From: an uncultured bacterium
Lineage (GTDB): Bacteria > Patescibacteriota > Minisyncoccia > Phycocordibacterales > Phycocordibacteraceae
NCBI GenBank assembly: GCA_947085505.1
Contig: CAMTWI010000003.1
Coordinates: 73,319-127,443, forward strand
Length of the DNA stretch: 54,125 bases
Direction: 5' to 3'
Below are positions 27,734 to 39,327 of the stretch, one piece after another (position 1 is the stretch's first letter; each line of letters begins with the position of its first letter). A program made the translations under genes and the position numbers. A model generated the notes under the pieces. It was not told the DNA's origin. It worked only from the letters and a program-made list of their open reading frames with translations, and did not search any database.

Positions 27734-30700
27734 ATGGCTGATGCAGAGAAATCAGAAGTCTCAAAACGCGAGGAAGCGGTCCTTGCGCTCTGGAACGAGA
27801 AGGGAATTTTTGAGAAGTCCCTCAAGAAGCCATCTCCTAAAGGGGGGTTCGTTTTCTTCGAGGGCCCTCCAACAGCAAATGGACGCCCGGGCGTGCACCA
27901 CATGGAATCACGCTCATTTAAGGATGCAATTCCTCGGTACAAAACCATGCGCGGATACAAGGTTGAGCGACGTGCCGGATGGGATACGCACGGGCTTCCG
28001 GTAGAGCTCGAGGTTGAGAAAGAACTTCAGTTCCGTGGGAAGAAGGATATCGAAGAGTACGGTGTTGCAGCATTCAACAAGAAGTGTCGCGAGAGCGTCA
28101 TGAAGTACATCGAGGAGTGGTCGCGCTTCACGGATCGTATTGCGTATTGGGTCGATCAGGAGAAGGCCTACTTTACTTTCGACGCTCCGTATATGGAATC
28201 GGTTTGGAGCATTATGAAGAAGGTGTCGGATGACGGGCGCCTCTTTAAGGATTATCGCGTTGTACCGTGGTGCGCACGGTGCGGGACCGCACTTTCTTCG
28301 CATGAACTTGCCCAGGGCTATGCAGACGTGAAGGATCTTTCTATAACAGCAAAGTTTAAAGTCGTGGGGGAACCGAATACGTATTTCCTTGCGTGGACAA
28401 CAACGCCATGGACACTTCCTGGAAACGTCGGGCTCGCAGTAGGGAAGGACATTATGTATGCGTACGTGACGCGTGAAGGAGAGACCTTCATCGTCGCGTC
28501 TGCGCTTGTTGAGAAGTTGTTTGGAGCTGCCGAGGTTATGAAGGAAGTACCTGGATCAGATCTCATCGGACTCGCATACGAACCGCTCTATCCATTCTCT
28601 CGCACACTCGCTCCAGAAAGCGAGAAAGCAAAGTTCGAGGACGCGGCGTATCGCGTGCACGAGGCATCATTTGTTACAACCGAAGACGGAACCGGTGTAG
28701 TACATACGGCAGTGATGTATGGACAGGAGGATTTCGATCTCGGACAGAAGGTAGGCTTGCCGAAAGTACACCTTGTTGCTCCTGACGGACGCTTCATCTC
28801 AGGCACGGGCTTTCTTGAGGGACGATTTGTGAAGGAAGAGGACGAGAACGGAAAGCCGACACTCGCGGTCGACATCGTTGATGATCTTACGACGCGCGGA
28901 CTCTTTTTCTCTAAGGAGAACTATCTCCACAGCTATCCTTTCTGCTGGCGCTGCAAGACGCCGCTCATTTATTACGCCCGCGACTCTTGGTATATCCGCA
29001 TGCAGGATCTTCGCGAGAAGCTCATGGCATCGAACGCGAGCGTTAATTGGGAGCCATCTCATATTCGGGAGGGTCGCATGGGTGAGTGGCTCTCAAACGT
29101 GCGTGACTGGTCTATCTCACGTGAGCGCTACTGGGGAACACCGCTACCAGTGTGGCAGAGTAAGGACGGCACGGAACGCCTAACAATCGGGTCCGTTGAA
29201 GAACTTAAGGCGCGGACCAAGAAAAGTGGTAACCGCTACTTTGTCATGCGACATGGTGAATCGACCAACAACCTGCTGGAAATCAATAGTACCGACCTCG
29301 GTGGTGCAGAAGCAGGGCACCATCTTACTGACCTTGGACGAGAAACAGTCAAGGCAAGTGTAGCTCGTCACGCGGACGCGCCGTTCGATCTCGTGTTCGT
29401 GTCTCCGTTCACCCGTACCCAGGAGACAGCGGAGATTATCGCAAAGACGTTGAATCTAGCACCTGAACAAGTGGTTACTGACTCTCGTCTACGGGAGATT
29501 TCCGTCGGCGAGTTTGAAGGGAAGACGTACGCAGAGTACCGCAGCTTCTTTGCATCTCCCGCAGAGCGCTTCACAAAGACACCAGAAGGCGGAGAGAACT
29601 GTAACAACGTGCGTAGGCGAGTAGGCGAGCTTCTGTATGAGGTTGAAGGTCTCTACGCCGGCAAGAAGATTCTTTTCATAACGCATGGTGATGTTCTCTG
29701 GATGCTCGGCCTTATCAAAGAAGGACATACTCGTTCGCATACGACGTCCGTTGCCGACCCCCTAACTGGGAAGATAGAGGAGTTTGCCTTCGTGCCGCTT
29801 CCTCATAACGATGACTACGAACTCGACCTGCACCGTCCATATATAGACGATGTCGTGCTTATCGCTGACTCAGGGTCGGAACTTACACGCATCCCTGAAG
29901 TTATGGATGTGTGGTTCGACTCAGGCGCGATGCCGTTTGCGCAGGATCACTATCCGTTCGAGAATAAGGAGAAGCTTGATACCACTGGTTACCCTGCGGA
30001 CTATATATCCGAAGCCATCGACCAGACCCGCGGTTGGTTCTATACCTTGCTTGCGGTAGGTACGCTGCTTGGACGTGGCGCTCCTTATAAGAACGTTATC
30101 TGCCTTGGGCACCTTCTTGACGGGAATGGACAGAAGATGTCGAAGTCAAAGGGCAACATCGTTAATCCATGGGAGGCTATAGAGCGCTATGGCGTCGACA
30201 CGCTCCGGTTTTGGATGTTCAGTGTGAATCAGCCAGGAGATTCAAAGAGCTTTGATGAGAAGACCTTGAAGGAGTCTGCACGTGTTATCTCCTGGCTTGA
30301 TAATAGTGCAAAGTTCTACGGACTCTTTAAGGATAGTGTTGGAGAAGGTGAGAAGACAACCATCGACCGTTGGATGGATGCGCGTGTCTCACGTGCTGTA
30401 CGTGAGGTAACGGACGCCATGGACGCCTACAAACTCTATGACGCGTCGCGCGCAACTGCACGTCTCATCGAAGACCTGTCGCAATGGTATGTGCGTCGCA
30501 TTCGCGATCGTGCGCGTGACGGAGACACAGCTGCACTGAGTACGTTGCGTACGTCTCTTAAAACCTGCGCACTCCTGATAGCGCCACTCTCTCCGTTTAT
30601 AGCGGAAGAGGTGTATCAGCTTGTACGTGAAGACAATGATGCGGAGAGCGTGCATCTTGCACAGTGGCCTCAAGCCGAGACCTCCTTCTTTGGCCGGATG

Positions 30701-31114
30701 TTTGGTGGTAAGGGAGATGATGTACTTCTCGATGACATGACACGACTACGCTCGCTTGCCTCTGAAGCGTTGCAGCTTCGCCAGAAAGCCGGTGTTGTCG
30801 TGCGTCAGCCACTCCAGAGCCTTTCAATACCAGGAACGCTCTCATCTGGCCTCGCATCGATCCTTGCAGAAGAAGTGAACGTAAAGGAAATTTTGGAAGG
30901 AGCAGAGGCACTCGCGCTCGACACTGCACTTACACCCGAGCTCGTTGCAGAGGGCGATGAGCGAACATTCGCACGTGCGGTTGCTGAAGCGAGAAAGACA
31001 GAGGGCCTCTCGCCAAAAGACACGGTCTCAATTGATAAGAGGGAAGACGGCACGTATGTCGCTGAGCTCTCTACTGGACCAGTACGGTTCTCTCTCGTCC
31101 GTAATGCGACATAA
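27734..31114 (+). CDS. ileS: Isoleucine--tRNA ligase (IleRS2 type) with inserted histidine-phosphatase domain
   Basis: [59 protein letters not shown] and KMSKS; an RHG-domain insert at ~29228-29790. Confidence 0.96.
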   Translation: MADAEKSEVSKREEAVLALWNEKGIFEKSLKKPSPKGGFVFFEGPPTANGRPGVHHMESRSFKDAIPRYKTMRGYKVERRAGWDTHGLPVELEVEKELQFRGKKDIEEYGVAAFNKKCRESVMKYIEEWSRFTDRIAYWVDQEKAYFTFDAPYMESVWSIMKKVSDDGRLFKDYRVVPWCARCGTALSSHELAQGYADVKDLSITAKFKVVGEPNTYFLAWTTTPWTLPGNVGLAVGKDIMYAYVTREGETFIVASALVEKLFGAAEVMKEVPGSDLIGLAYEPLYPFSRTLAPESEKAKFEDAAYRVHEASFVTTEDGTGVVHTAVMYGQEDFDLGQKVGLPKVHLVAPDGRFISGTGFLEGRFVKEEDENGKPTLAVDIVDDLTTRGLFFSKENYLHSYPFCWRCKTPLIYYARDSWYIRMQDLREKLMASNASVNWEPSHIREGRMGEWLSNVRDWSISRERYWGTPLPVWQSKDGTERLTIGSVEELKARTKKSGNRYFVMRHGESTNNLLEINSTDLGGAEAGHHLTDLGRETVKASVARHADAPFDLVFVSPFTRTQETAEIIAKTLNLAPEQVVTDSRLREISVGEFEGKTYAEYRSFFASPAERFTKTPEGGENCNNVRRRVGELLYEVEGLYAGKKILFITHGDVLWMLGLIKEGHTRSHTTSVADPLTGKIEEFAFVPLPHNDDYELDLHRPYIDDVVLIADSGSELTRIPEVMDVWFDSGAMPFAQDHYPFENKEKLDTTGYPADYISEAIDQTRGWFYTLLAVGTLLGRGAPYKNVICLGHLLDGNGQKMSKSKGNIVNPWEAIERYGVDTLRFWMFSVNQPGDSKSFDEKTLKESARVISWLDNSAKFYGLFKDSVGEGEKTTIDRWMDARVSRAVREVTDAMDAYKLYDASRATARLIEDLSQWYVRRIRDRARDGDTAALSTLRTSLKTCALLIAPLSPFIAEEVYQLVREDNDAESVHLAQWPQAETSFFGRMFGGKGDDVLLDDMTRLRSLASEALQLRQKAGVVVRQPLQSLSIPGTLSSGLASILAEEVNVKEILEGAEALALDTALTPELVAEGDERTFARAVAEARKTEGLSPKDTVSIDKREDGTYVAELSTGPVRFSLVRNAT

Positions 31115-31655
31115 ATACGTCACGACCGCGCTCGTCCTCGCCCGAACGTCGCTCAAGGAATCGGCAGCACTCGTTACACTTCTCACGGAAGAGTTTGGGT
31201 TGGTGCGTGCTCGCGCAGAAGGCTTACGCAAGCCTGGTGCAAAGCTTGCGCACGCACTTCAGACACTTGATCGCTGCGAGGTGACCCTTGTTCGTGGGAA
31301 AGAGGGATGGCGATTGTCAGGAGCAATCCTCGAGGACAGTTGGTTCAAAAGACTGACGCGTGCTGAGCGACTACGTGCAGGGCGTGTTGCGGGGCTCCTT
31401 CTTCGCATGGTGCATGGCGAAGCAAATGATCCGTCCCTTTTTGTTTTATATACAGAATTTCTTGATGCCTTGCCGGGGCTTTCCGAGGAGGCGCAGGATG
31501 CGGCAGAAATTATGACAGCACTCCGTATCCTTTCCGTACTCGGTCTTGATATTGGTGTTCTGCCGCAAGTAGGCTCATACGAACCGCTCCTGCCGGACCA
31601 GAGGCGCATGCTTGTTATGCGGGTTAATAGGGGAATCGCTGCCTCGGGCCTGTAA
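31104..31655 (+). CDS. recO: DNA repair protein RecO (short form)
   Basis: ALVL...[32 protein letters not shown]-fold signature. Confidence 0.8.
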   Translation: MRHKYVTTALVLARTSLKESAALVTLLTEEFGLVRARAEGLRKPGAKLAHALQTLDRCEVTLVRGKEGWRLSGAILEDSWFKRLTRAERLRAGRVAGLLLRMVHGEANDPSLFVLYTEFLDALPGLSEEAQDAAEIMTALRILSVLGLDIGVLPQVGSYEPLLPDQRRMLVMRVNRGIAASGL

Positions 31656-31678
31656 CGGACTTGCTATACTTGGGAGCA

Positions 31679-33577
31679 ATGCCTCCAAACACGCCTGACG
31701 ATACGAGCACACTCGAACGGTTGCGACAGAAACTCTATGCGTCACAAGCGCCAGAGAGTTTCCCTGCACCGACACTCTCGCAGACGCCTGCTCCTTCTGT
31801 TTCAGCAGAAGAAGGGTGGGCACCTCCGGCACCCGAAGTGCTTACAAAGAAGTCCCGCATCTCCTGGGCGGCGATATTCCTTGGTATTGCGGCCATATTC
31901 TTCATACTTGCGGTTACGAGTGCTGCATACTTCCTTATGTTTGGTGGACGCTCGGTATCAACAGACCGCATCACGATTCTTGCAGACGGTCCGACCTCGA
32001 TTAGTAGCGGAGACGAGGTTACAATCCTCATCTCTATCGAAAACAGAAATCCCGTTACGGTACTCAGTACCACGCTATCGGCAGAATTCCCAGATACGAC
32101 ACGATCTCCTGATGATGTGGAGCAACCGTTTACGCATTACGAAGACACCGCAGGAGACATACTCTCCGGACAGAGTAGTGCTCGCTCTGTACGTGCGCGC
32201 ATGTATGGAAGTGAAGGACAACGAGTTACGGTGCCAATACGATTTGAATACCGTATTGAAGGATCGAACGCGGTTTTCGTGAAAGAGGCAGAGTATGAGG
32301 TACAGATCACCTCGTCCCCACTATCAGTTCGTGCAGAAGCGGTATCTGAAGCGGCGGTAGGGCAGCCGCTCACCTTCGCGGTGACGGTCCGTTCGAACGC
32401 TAAGGAGCCAATCGAGAATGTCGCGGTCCTTGCACAGTACCCATTTGGGTTTACGGCACGTCGTGGCGAGGGCCCGGTATTTCCCGTTGGAACCCTTGCG
32501 CCAGGTGAGGAGCGTACAATTACCGTTACTGGAACCCTTACGGGCGAGAACAATGACGAGCGCGTATTCCGCTTTACGGGTGGTATCCGGCGCGGGGAGG
32601 AGACGAGCGTACTTTCGGTGTCGTATTCAACGGCACTCGCGTCAGTAACGCTTGCAAAGCCATTTCTTTCGACTGGTCTTTCGTTTAACCGAGATACGAG
32701 CAGTACGCCAGTTATAGAAGCCGGTGCGCCAGTTCAGGGCATCATTTCGTGGGTGAATACACTCGCAACACCGATTCTTGATGGTCAGGTTTCGGTAACG
32801 CTTTCGGGTGCCGCCCTCGACCCTTCGTCGGTCAGTGCATACGGAGGGTTCTATCGTTCGTCTGACACCACAATCATCTACTCTCGCGAGACCGACAGTG
32901 GCCTCGGAAATCTTGCACCAGGCGCAACGGGAAGCGGTACATTCAACTTCAGGACAAAGTCTGCGGCAACACTGGCAAGCATGAAGAATCCGACTATTAT
33001 CGCAACTGTCTCGGTCGCGGGTCGTCGAGTAGGGGAGAGTAATGTGCCAGAGAGCATAGCGTCATCGGTTACGCGCACGATAAAAGTCGGGACCGATCTC
33101 GCACTTACCGCAAAAGCGCTTTACAGCAGCGGTGCATTCAAGAACACGGGCCCATGGCCGCCAATCGCAGATCAGGAGACAACCTATACAATTGATCTCT
33201 CGCTCACGAATACCGTTAACTCTGTTGCCGATACAGTCGTTACTGGCGTACTGCCATCCTATGTTCGTTACGTTGGTGCGACGGGCGCTGCGGATGGATC
33301 GGTGTCCTACAATACTGCAACCCGTACGGTTACGTGGCGAGCAGGTGAGGTCGCGAACGGTGTTGGCTTTAGCACAAGTGCCCGATCCGCTGCGTTTCAG
33401 GTTGCGCTGTTGCCAAGCGCGTCGCAGCGGGGTACAAGTCCTATACTCATGTCCTCAATTAAAGTCACGGGCACGGATCGCTTTACCCAGAAAGCCCTTA
33501 CCTTGACTCGTCCTGAGATCACGACCCAAGTCACCCTTGACCCTAGCTATGTGCAAGGGAAGGGAGAAGTCCGATAA
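31679..33577 (+). CDS. Large membrane-anchored extracellular protein with repeated beta-sandwich (DUF11-like) modules
   Basis: TM WAAIFLGIAAIFFILAV; repeats such as GQPLTFAVTVRSN and QETTYTIDLSLTN...LPSYVRY. Confidence 0.65.
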   Translation: MPPNTPDDTSTLERLRQKLYASQAPESFPAPTLSQTPAPSVSAEEGWAPPAPEVLTKKSRISWAAIFLGIAAIFFILAVTSAAYFLMFGGRSVSTDRITILADGPTSISSGDEVTILISIENRNPVTVLSTTLSAEFPDTTRSPDDVEQPFTHYEDTAGDILSGQSSARSVRARMYGSEGQRVTVPIRFEYRIEGSNAVFVKEAEYEVQITSSPLSVRAEAVSEAAVGQPLTFAVTVRSNAKEPIENVAVLAQYPFGFTARRGEGPVFPVGTLAPGEERTITVTGTLTGENNDERVFRFTGGIRRGEETSVLSVSYSTALASVTLAKPFLSTGLSFNRDTSSTPVIEAGAPVQGIISWVNTLATPILDGQVSVTLSGAALDPSSVSAYGGFYRSSDTTIIYSRETDSGLGNLAPGATGSGTFNFRTKSAATLASMKNPTIIATVSVAGRRVGESNVPESIASSVTRTIKVGTDLALTAKALYSSGAFKNTGPWPPIADQETTYTIDLSLTNTVNSVADTVVTGVLPSYVRYVGATGAADGSVSYNTATRTVTWRAGEVANGVGFSTSARSAAFQVALLPSASQRGTSPILMSSIKVTGTDRFTQKALTLTRPEITTQVTLDPSYVQGKGEVR

Positions 33578-33589
33578 TCCACTTACTTT

Positions 33590-34969
33590 ATGTCCGTCAC
33601 GCTTGAACAGATCGTCTCGCTCGCCAAACGGCGTGGTTTCGTATTCCCGGGTTCAGAGATCTATGGCGGGCTGGCGGGCACGTTCGACTACGGTCCACAT
33701 GGTGTAGCGCTGAAGAATAATCTAAAAGCGCTTTGGTGGAAGCGCTTCGTAGAAGAGCGTGACGATATGTATGGTGTCGATGCGTCATTAATCATGCCAG
33801 CACGCGTCTGGGAGGCATCGGGTCACACTGAGACCTTTAACGACCCGCTCGTGTCTGACGCAAAGACTGGCGAGCGATACCGGCTTGACCACGTGCTTGA
33901 GGCTGCGGGCATCGACCCGGCCGGCATGAGCCTTGAAGACATGTGGAGCGTACTTCAGGAGAAGGGTTTCAAGACTCCGGCTGGAAATGCGTACGAGCAG
34001 CCTATGACGTTCAATCTCCTGTTTCCGGTCACCATGGGTGCATCGAAGGACTCAGCTACGCTCGCGTACCTGCGTGGCGAGACCGCGCAAGGTATGTTCG
34101 TAAACTTCAAGAACATTATCGATGCGTATCACCCAAAACTCCCGTTTGGCATGGGTCAGATCGGCAAGGCATTTAGGAATGAGATAGCGCCTCGCGAGTT
34201 CGTCTTCCGTCTACGCGAACTTGAGCAGATGGAGGTGGAGTATTTCGTGTCACCCGAGTCATGGAAAGCATCATTTGAAGAATGGCTCGGTATCATGCGT
34301 TCCTATGCTGAGGAAATCGGCATCCCTCTTGAGCACTTGCATGAGAAGGAGATAGGAGACGAAGACCGGGCTCACTATAGTGAGCGTACGATTGATTTTG
34401 AGTATGACTTCCCAACAGGCACTAAAGAGCTCTGGGGACTCGCATATCGCACTGACTACGACCTATCGCGTCATGGAGAGTATTCAGGAACGCCACTCGT
34501 CTATATCGACGAAGAGAAGAAGAAGAAGGTTGTGCCGCACGTTATCGAGCCGTCGCTTGGTATTGAGCGCACCATGCTCGCAGTGCTTGCTGCCGCCTAT
34601 GATGAGGATGAACTTGGAGGAGAGACGCGCATCGTGTTGCGTCTTCAGCCAAAGGTAGCTCCGGTGAAGGCCATGGTATCGCCACTTCTTAAGAACAAGC
34701 CAGAACTTGTCGAGAAGGCGAAAGAGGTGCGGGCACTCTTAAAGAAGGTACATCCTGCTATTGCGTGGGACGACAATGGAAACATCGGCAAGAGGTATCG
34801 CCGACAGGACGAGATTGGTACGCCGTTCTGCATCACAATTGATTTCGATACGCTTGGCGAGACTCCTGACTTGAAGGACACCGTTACATTGCGCCATCGC
34901 GACACGGGAGAGCAGGAGCGTCTCTCGATTGAGGACGTTGCAGAGAAGATTCGCCTCGCGCTCGCGTAA
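33590..34969 (+). CDS. glyQS: Glycine--tRNA ligase, alpha2 (archaeal/eukaryote-like) type
   Basis: KRRGFVFPGSEIYGG, YLRGETAQG, GKAFRNEI, EQMEVEYF, VIEPSLG and GKRYRRQDEIGTP. Confidence 0.96.
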   Translation: MSVTLEQIVSLAKRRGFVFPGSEIYGGLAGTFDYGPHGVALKNNLKALWWKRFVEERDDMYGVDASLIMPARVWEASGHTETFNDPLVSDAKTGERYRLDHVLEAAGIDPAGMSLEDMWSVLQEKGFKTPAGNAYEQPMTFNLLFPVTMGASKDSATLAYLRGETAQGMFVNFKNIIDAYHPKLPFGMGQIGKAFRNEIAPREFVFRLRELEQMEVEYFVSPESWKASFEEWLGIMRSYAEEIGIPLEHLHEKEIGDEDRAHYSERTIDFEYDFPTGTKELWGLAYRTDYDLSRHGEYSGTPLVYIDEEKKKKVVPHVIEPSLGIERTMLAVLAAAYDEDELGGETRIVLRLQPKVAPVKAMVSPLLKNKPELVEKAKEVRALLKKVHPAIAWDDNGNIGKRYRRQDEIGTPFCITIDFDTLGETPDLKDTVTLRHRDTGEQERLSIEDVAEKIRLALA

Positions 34970-35033
34970 GGCTTGACGCAAAGGGCAGGGAAGTGCAAGC
35001 TCACCTAAGCTTGTTCTATAGAGGAGAGACGAA

Positions 35034-35426
35034 ATGCGTGTACTAGCGACGCTTATTTTTTCGTTCGTGCTCCTTACAGGTGCGAATGCTGAGGCACAAG
35101 AAGCGCTCACTATAACGACCCCTCCTGGGAAGCCCTTGGTTTGGATCCCTGAGTTCGTGATCCCTGATCACAACACTGAGACGGAGGTGGTTGCGTTCAG
35201 GCTTCTTCCGTTTGAAGTAGATACGGCCGACCTGCCATTCTTTGTTGATAGAGAAGGGATTATCGTCCCAAAGGACGGCGTAGATGCTTCTGTCGTTGTG
35301 CTCTCTGAGGACGCTCAGTTTGTTGTCCTCGTGTGCAAATTTCCCGAATCGGGGCCCTTTAACGTCGCGCTCCCTGGAGTCCGGTCGGAGTATTGTACGC
35401 TCCGGCGCGCAGAGCGGCAGCCATAA
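35034..35426 (+). CDS. Hypothetical secreted protein
   Basis: Signal peptide ending ANAEA|Q, GAGGAG Shine-Dalgarno, two Cys. Confidence 0.6.
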   Translation: MRVLATLIFSFVLLTGANAEAQEALTITTPPGKPLVWIPEFVIPDHNTETEVVAFRLLPFEVDTADLPFFVDREGIIVPKDGVDASVVVLSEDAQFVVLVCKFPESGPFNVALPGVRSEYCTLRRAERQP

Positions 35427-35466
35427 TACTGGCTGCCGCTTTCCCGTATGTGGTACCATTTCCGCT

Positions 35467-36507
35467 ATGAACAAGAATGTCTCAATTACGATTACACCCG
35501 GAACCATAGTGATGGTGCTTGTCATCGCGGCAGCCGCCTACGCTCTATGGCTCCTTCGTGATATCGCACTCTTGGTGCTTACGGCAATTGTTATCGCTTC
35601 GGCAATAGACCCGGGAGTTCTTTTCTTTGCGCGCTACAAAATCCATCGCGTTGTTGCGGTAACTATTATGTACGTTGGGGTGTTTGGCTCTCTTTTTGCG
35701 CTGACGTATTTCCTCGCACCACCAATATTGAGTGAGGCACAAAACTTCTTGTCGATGGCGCCACAGTACTTAGAGACGTTGAACATACCATCACCACTTA
35801 CTGGTACTAGCGCAGGGTCAGCGACTGGCCAGTCACTCTTCGATACATTACTCACATTCCAGTCTGCATTCGCAGACAATTCAGGAGGAACAGTGCGCGT
35901 TATTTCCTCCTTCTTTGGTGGAGTTTTTTCACTATTTCTCGTTATCGTGTTGTCTTTTTACCTCGCGGTTCGCGCCACCGGCGTCGAAGACTTCTTGCGG
36001 CTTGTTACACCGCATAAACACGAAGAATACGTAGTGAATCTTTGGGGTCGAGCGCAGCGCAAAATTGGTCTCTGGATGCAGGGCCAGTTACTTCTCTCTA
36101 TTATGCTTGGAGTGATTGTGTACCTCGGCCTGCTTATTCTTGGCGTGCCATACGCACTTTTGCTTGCGGTGATAGCGGCGATTATGGACCTGGTACCAGT
36201 GTTCGGGTCGCTCATTGCCGGTATCATTGCAACATTAGTCGCATTGTCTTCAGGGGGACTGTCGCTCGCACTCATTGTTGCTGGTTTCTTTTTCATTATC
36301 AATCAGTTCGAAGCCCACCTACTGTATCCGTTGGTGGTAAATAAGGTGGTGGGTATTCCGCCACTCCTGGTCATTCTTTCACTTATTGTGGGAGGCAGCC
36401 TCGCTGGCTTTCTTGGTGTACTGCTTTCGATACCGCTTGCGGCAGCAACGCGAGAGTTTCTAAACGACATGCAGCAGAGGAAGCGGGCAAGGACGACAAA
36501 AGAATAA
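35467..36507 (+). CDS. AI-2E family transporter
   Basis: Multiple TM helices; LVPVFGS, NQFEAHLLYP and GFLGVLLSIPLAA. Confidence 0.9.
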   Translation: MNKNVSITITPGTIVMVLVIAAAAYALWLLRDIALLVLTAIVIASAIDPGVLFFARYKIHRVVAVTIMYVGVFGSLFALTYFLAPPILSEAQNFLSMAPQYLETLNIPSPLTGTSAGSATGQSLFDTLLTFQSAFADNSGGTVRVISSFFGGVFSLFLVIVLSFYLAVRATGVEDFLRLVTPHKHEEYVVNLWGRAQRKIGLWMQGQLLLSIMLGVIVYLGLLILGVPYALLLAVIAAIMDLVPVFGSLIAGIIATLVALSSGGLSLALIVAGFFFIINQFEAHLLYPLVVNKVVGIPPLLVILSLIVGGSLAGFLGVLLSIPLAAATREFLNDMQQRKRARTTKE

Positions 36508-36519
36508 TGGGTTCCTAGT

Positions 36520-37962
36520 ATGGCCCGCTATCTTACGACCACACTCCCGTACGTAAATGCAGATCCTCACATAGGGCATGCGCTGGAGTTCGTACAGGCT
36601 GACGTACTCGCACGCGCCTGGCGCCTTCAGGGAGAGGATGTTTTTTTCTCCATAGGTACTGACGAGCACGGCCAAAAGATTTGGGAAGCTGCCCAGAAAG
36701 CGGGAAAGGACGTCAAGGAATACGTCGATTACTACGCGGGGGAGTTTGAGAAGTTACCCAACACCTTATCAATTAGTAATGACGGGTTTGTTCGTACCTC
36801 TGACACTAAGCACATCGCCGCTGCACAGGAAATGTGGCGCCGTTGTGCTGCCGCGGGCGACATTTACAAAAAGAACTACTCTGGTCTCTACTGTGTGGGT
36901 TGCGAAGCGTACAAGACCGAGAAGGAGGTGTCGGAGGACGGGCACTGTCTCATACATACGAACCTCACGCCAGAAACCATCACGGAAGAGAACTACTTCT
37001 TCCGTTTCTCGAAGTATCAAGAGGACCTACTCGAATACCTCGCAAAGTCAGGTTCAATTGTGCCTGAGTGGCGCCGACAGGAGGCAATTAACTTTGTGAA
37101 GGGCGGACTCGAGGATTTCAGTATCTCGCGCGACGCCGGACGGCTTTCATGGGGTATTCCAGTCCCGGATGATGAGACCCAGGTCATGTATGTATGGTTT
37201 GATGCGCTCACTAACTACGTGTCGACACTCGGCTGGCCTACCGAGGAAGGGAACTTCAATACGTTCTGGAATGAGGGGAGGGTAGTGCAGGTGGCCGGCA
37301 AGGATCAAATCCGTTTCCAATCCCTCATGTGGCAGGCAATGCTCATGTCCGTAAACATTAAGAACACGGATCAGGTGTTTTATCATGGCTTCATAAATTC
37401 TGGTGGCCAGAAGATGTCGAAGTCTTTGGGTAATGTTATAAGCCCGTATACACTTGTCGAGAAATACGGTACTGACGCTACCCGCTATCTTTTTGTACGT
37501 CACGTACACCCGACCGAGGATTCTGATATCACCTGGGAACGACTTGATGAGTGGTACACCGCGAATCTGGTGAATGGTCTCGGGAATCTTGTTGCACGCG
37601 TTATGAAGCTTGCCGAGGATAATCTCACAGGCCCCGTACAGTTACAGAAGGGAGACATGGATATAGACGCTGCGTTCATGTCAGCTCTTGATGAATTTCG
37701 GTTCAACGATGCCATCGACTATGTCTTTGCCATCATTGGCGAGTGCGATGCATATATGACAAACAAAGAGCCGTACAAGAAGGTGAAGAGTCCAGACGAC
37801 GGTATTACAAACGAAGGAAGGGAAGACATTTCGTTCTTGGTCCGGAAACTCGCGCTTATTGGTACACACCTTGCACCAATCATGCCGGCAACGAGCGAAA
37901 CGATTCTGAATGCAGTTCAGAGTAATCTGAAGCCTGAGAATCTATTTCCGCGCCTTAGCTAG
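36520..37962 (+). CDS. metG: Methionine--tRNA ligase (lacks C-terminal tRNA-binding domain)
   Basis: PYVNADPHIGH, GTDEHG, SWGIPVP, YVWFDAL and KMSKSLGN; 480 aa. Confidence 0.97.
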   Translation: MARYLTTTLPYVNADPHIGHALEFVQADVLARAWRLQGEDVFFSIGTDEHGQKIWEAAQKAGKDVKEYVDYYAGEFEKLPNTLSISNDGFVRTSDTKHIAAAQEMWRRCAAAGDIYKKNYSGLYCVGCEAYKTEKEVSEDGHCLIHTNLTPETITEENYFFRFSKYQEDLLEYLAKSGSIVPEWRRQEAINFVKGGLEDFSISRDAGRLSWGIPVPDDETQVMYVWFDALTNYVSTLGWPTEEGNFNTFWNEGRVVQVAGKDQIRFQSLMWQAMLMSVNIKNTDQVFYHGFINSGGQKMSKSLGNVISPYTLVEKYGTDATRYLFVRHVHPTEDSDITWERLDEWYTANLVNGLGNLVARVMKLAEDNLTGPVQLQKGDMDIDAAFMSALDEFRFNDAIDYVFAIIGECDAYMTNKEPYKKVKSPDDGITNEGREDISFLVRKLALIGTHLAPIMPATSETILNAVQSNLKPENLFPRLS

Positions 37963-37964
37963 GT

Positions 37965-38756
37965 ATGAAATATTTTGATGCGCACTGCCACGTACAGTTC
38001 GATCCGTATGACTCGGATCGTGCTGCTGTTATAGCGAGCATGCAAGAGAAGGGGGTGGGTGGCATGGTTGTTGGCGTTGACCTTGATTCGTCAGTGAAAG
38101 CCTTGAGGCTCGTTGAGAATATTCCGAACTTCTATGCTTCGGCAGGGCTTCATCCAAATTATGTACTCGACGAGCGCTTCGACGAGGATTCTTTTCGAGC
38201 AATTTTAAGACACCCGAAGATGAAAGCTGTGGGAGAGTGCGGACTCGATAACTTTCGGCCCGAGGATGTATCGGTAGCCAAGGTAGAGCAATGTCGAGTG
38301 TTTGAGAAACACATCGAACTCGCCATAGAGGCGGATAAACCAATGATGATCCACTCCCGTCCCACAAAAGGTACGCAGGATGCGTACCGCGACATGATTG
38401 ATATTCTACGCACGTATAAGAGGGAGCATGGAGATCGTCTCCGGGGCGATATTCACTTCTTTGTGGGGAGTATTGAGGAAGCGCGCGACTTCCTTGATCT
38501 CGGATTCACGATGTCCTTTACAGCGGTCCTCACATTTACGCGCGATTACGATGAAGTGGTCCGTTTCTTGCCGCTTTCAAGCATCATCGCTGAGACTGAT
38601 TCGCCGTACGTAGCGCCGTCCCGTATCCGAGGGCAGAGGAACGACCCAGCGTCAGTTATTGATGTTGTGGGAGCAATAGCGGAGATACGCGCGGAGGACG
38701 AGGAAATGGTGCGAGAACAGGTTCTCCGGAACGCAACGAAACTCTTCTCGCTCTAA
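37965..38756 (+). CDS. tatD: TatD family deoxyribonuclease
   Basis: DAHCH, GLHP, VGECGLD, IHSR and ETDSPY. Confidence 0.93.
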   Translation: MKYFDAHCHVQFDPYDSDRAAVIASMQEKGVGGMVVGVDLDSSVKALRLVENIPNFYASAGLHPNYVLDERFDEDSFRAILRHPKMKAVGECGLDNFRPEDVSVAKVEQCRVFEKHIELAIEADKPMMIHSRPTKGTQDAYRDMIDILRTYKREHGDRLRGDIHFFVGSIEEARDFLDLGFTMSFTAVLTFTRDYDEVVRFLPLSSIIAETDSPYVAPSRIRGQRNDPASVIDVVGAIAEIRAEDEEMVREQVLRNATKLFSL

Positions 38757-38818
38757 GGCCATACAAAATAAGGGTTTCTTGCCGCTCCCTGCTTCACGTG
38801 GTACAGTGCGCGGGTTAT

Positions 38819-39307
38819 ATGAACACAGACATCGAACACGGTGCAGGCAGCACCGAGCAGGAGCTTGAAGCGGGATATAACGAATCCCGTGTATATGAGC
38901 TCGGCTTCCATATCGATCCTGAACTGCCGCAGGAAGAAGTAAAGAAGACGTACCAGTCCCTTCGCGAGAAAGCTTCAACGCTCGTTGCAGAAGGCGAGCC
39001 ACAGAAGATTCCACTCGCGTACACCATCTCTCAGAAGGTGCAGGGCGGGGGTCGTCGCGACTTCGATACCGCGTACTTCGCATGGTTTGCCTATGAGGCA
39101 GACAGTGCAGAGCACGAGGCAATTGTCGAGGCTGCGAAGGCTGAGGCACGTCTCATCCGCTTTATCGATCTTCGTACTGACACGGAGACTGCAAAGCATG
39201 CGGCAGAAATGCACGAAATTTACGCCAAAATGGGCGAGGTGCAGCAGGCTGAAGCAGAGGTATCCGATACCGAGCTTGATGCAGCTCTTAAAGAGGCTGG
39301 CGTGTAG
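38819..39307 (+). CDS. rpsF: 30S ribosomal protein S6
   Basis: YELGFHIDP, LAYTI, AYF and LIRF; position upstream of ssb-rpsR. Confidence 0.82.
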   Translation: MNTDIEHGAGSTEQELEAGYNESRVYELGFHIDPELPQEEVKKTYQSLREKASTLVAEGEPQKIPLAYTISQKVQGGGRRDFDTAYFAWFAYEADSAEHEAIVEAAKAEARLIRFIDLRTDTETAKHAAEMHEIYAKMGEVQQAEAEVSDTELDAALKEAGV

Positions 39308-39327
39308 GGGGTATATACTAAACGTAT

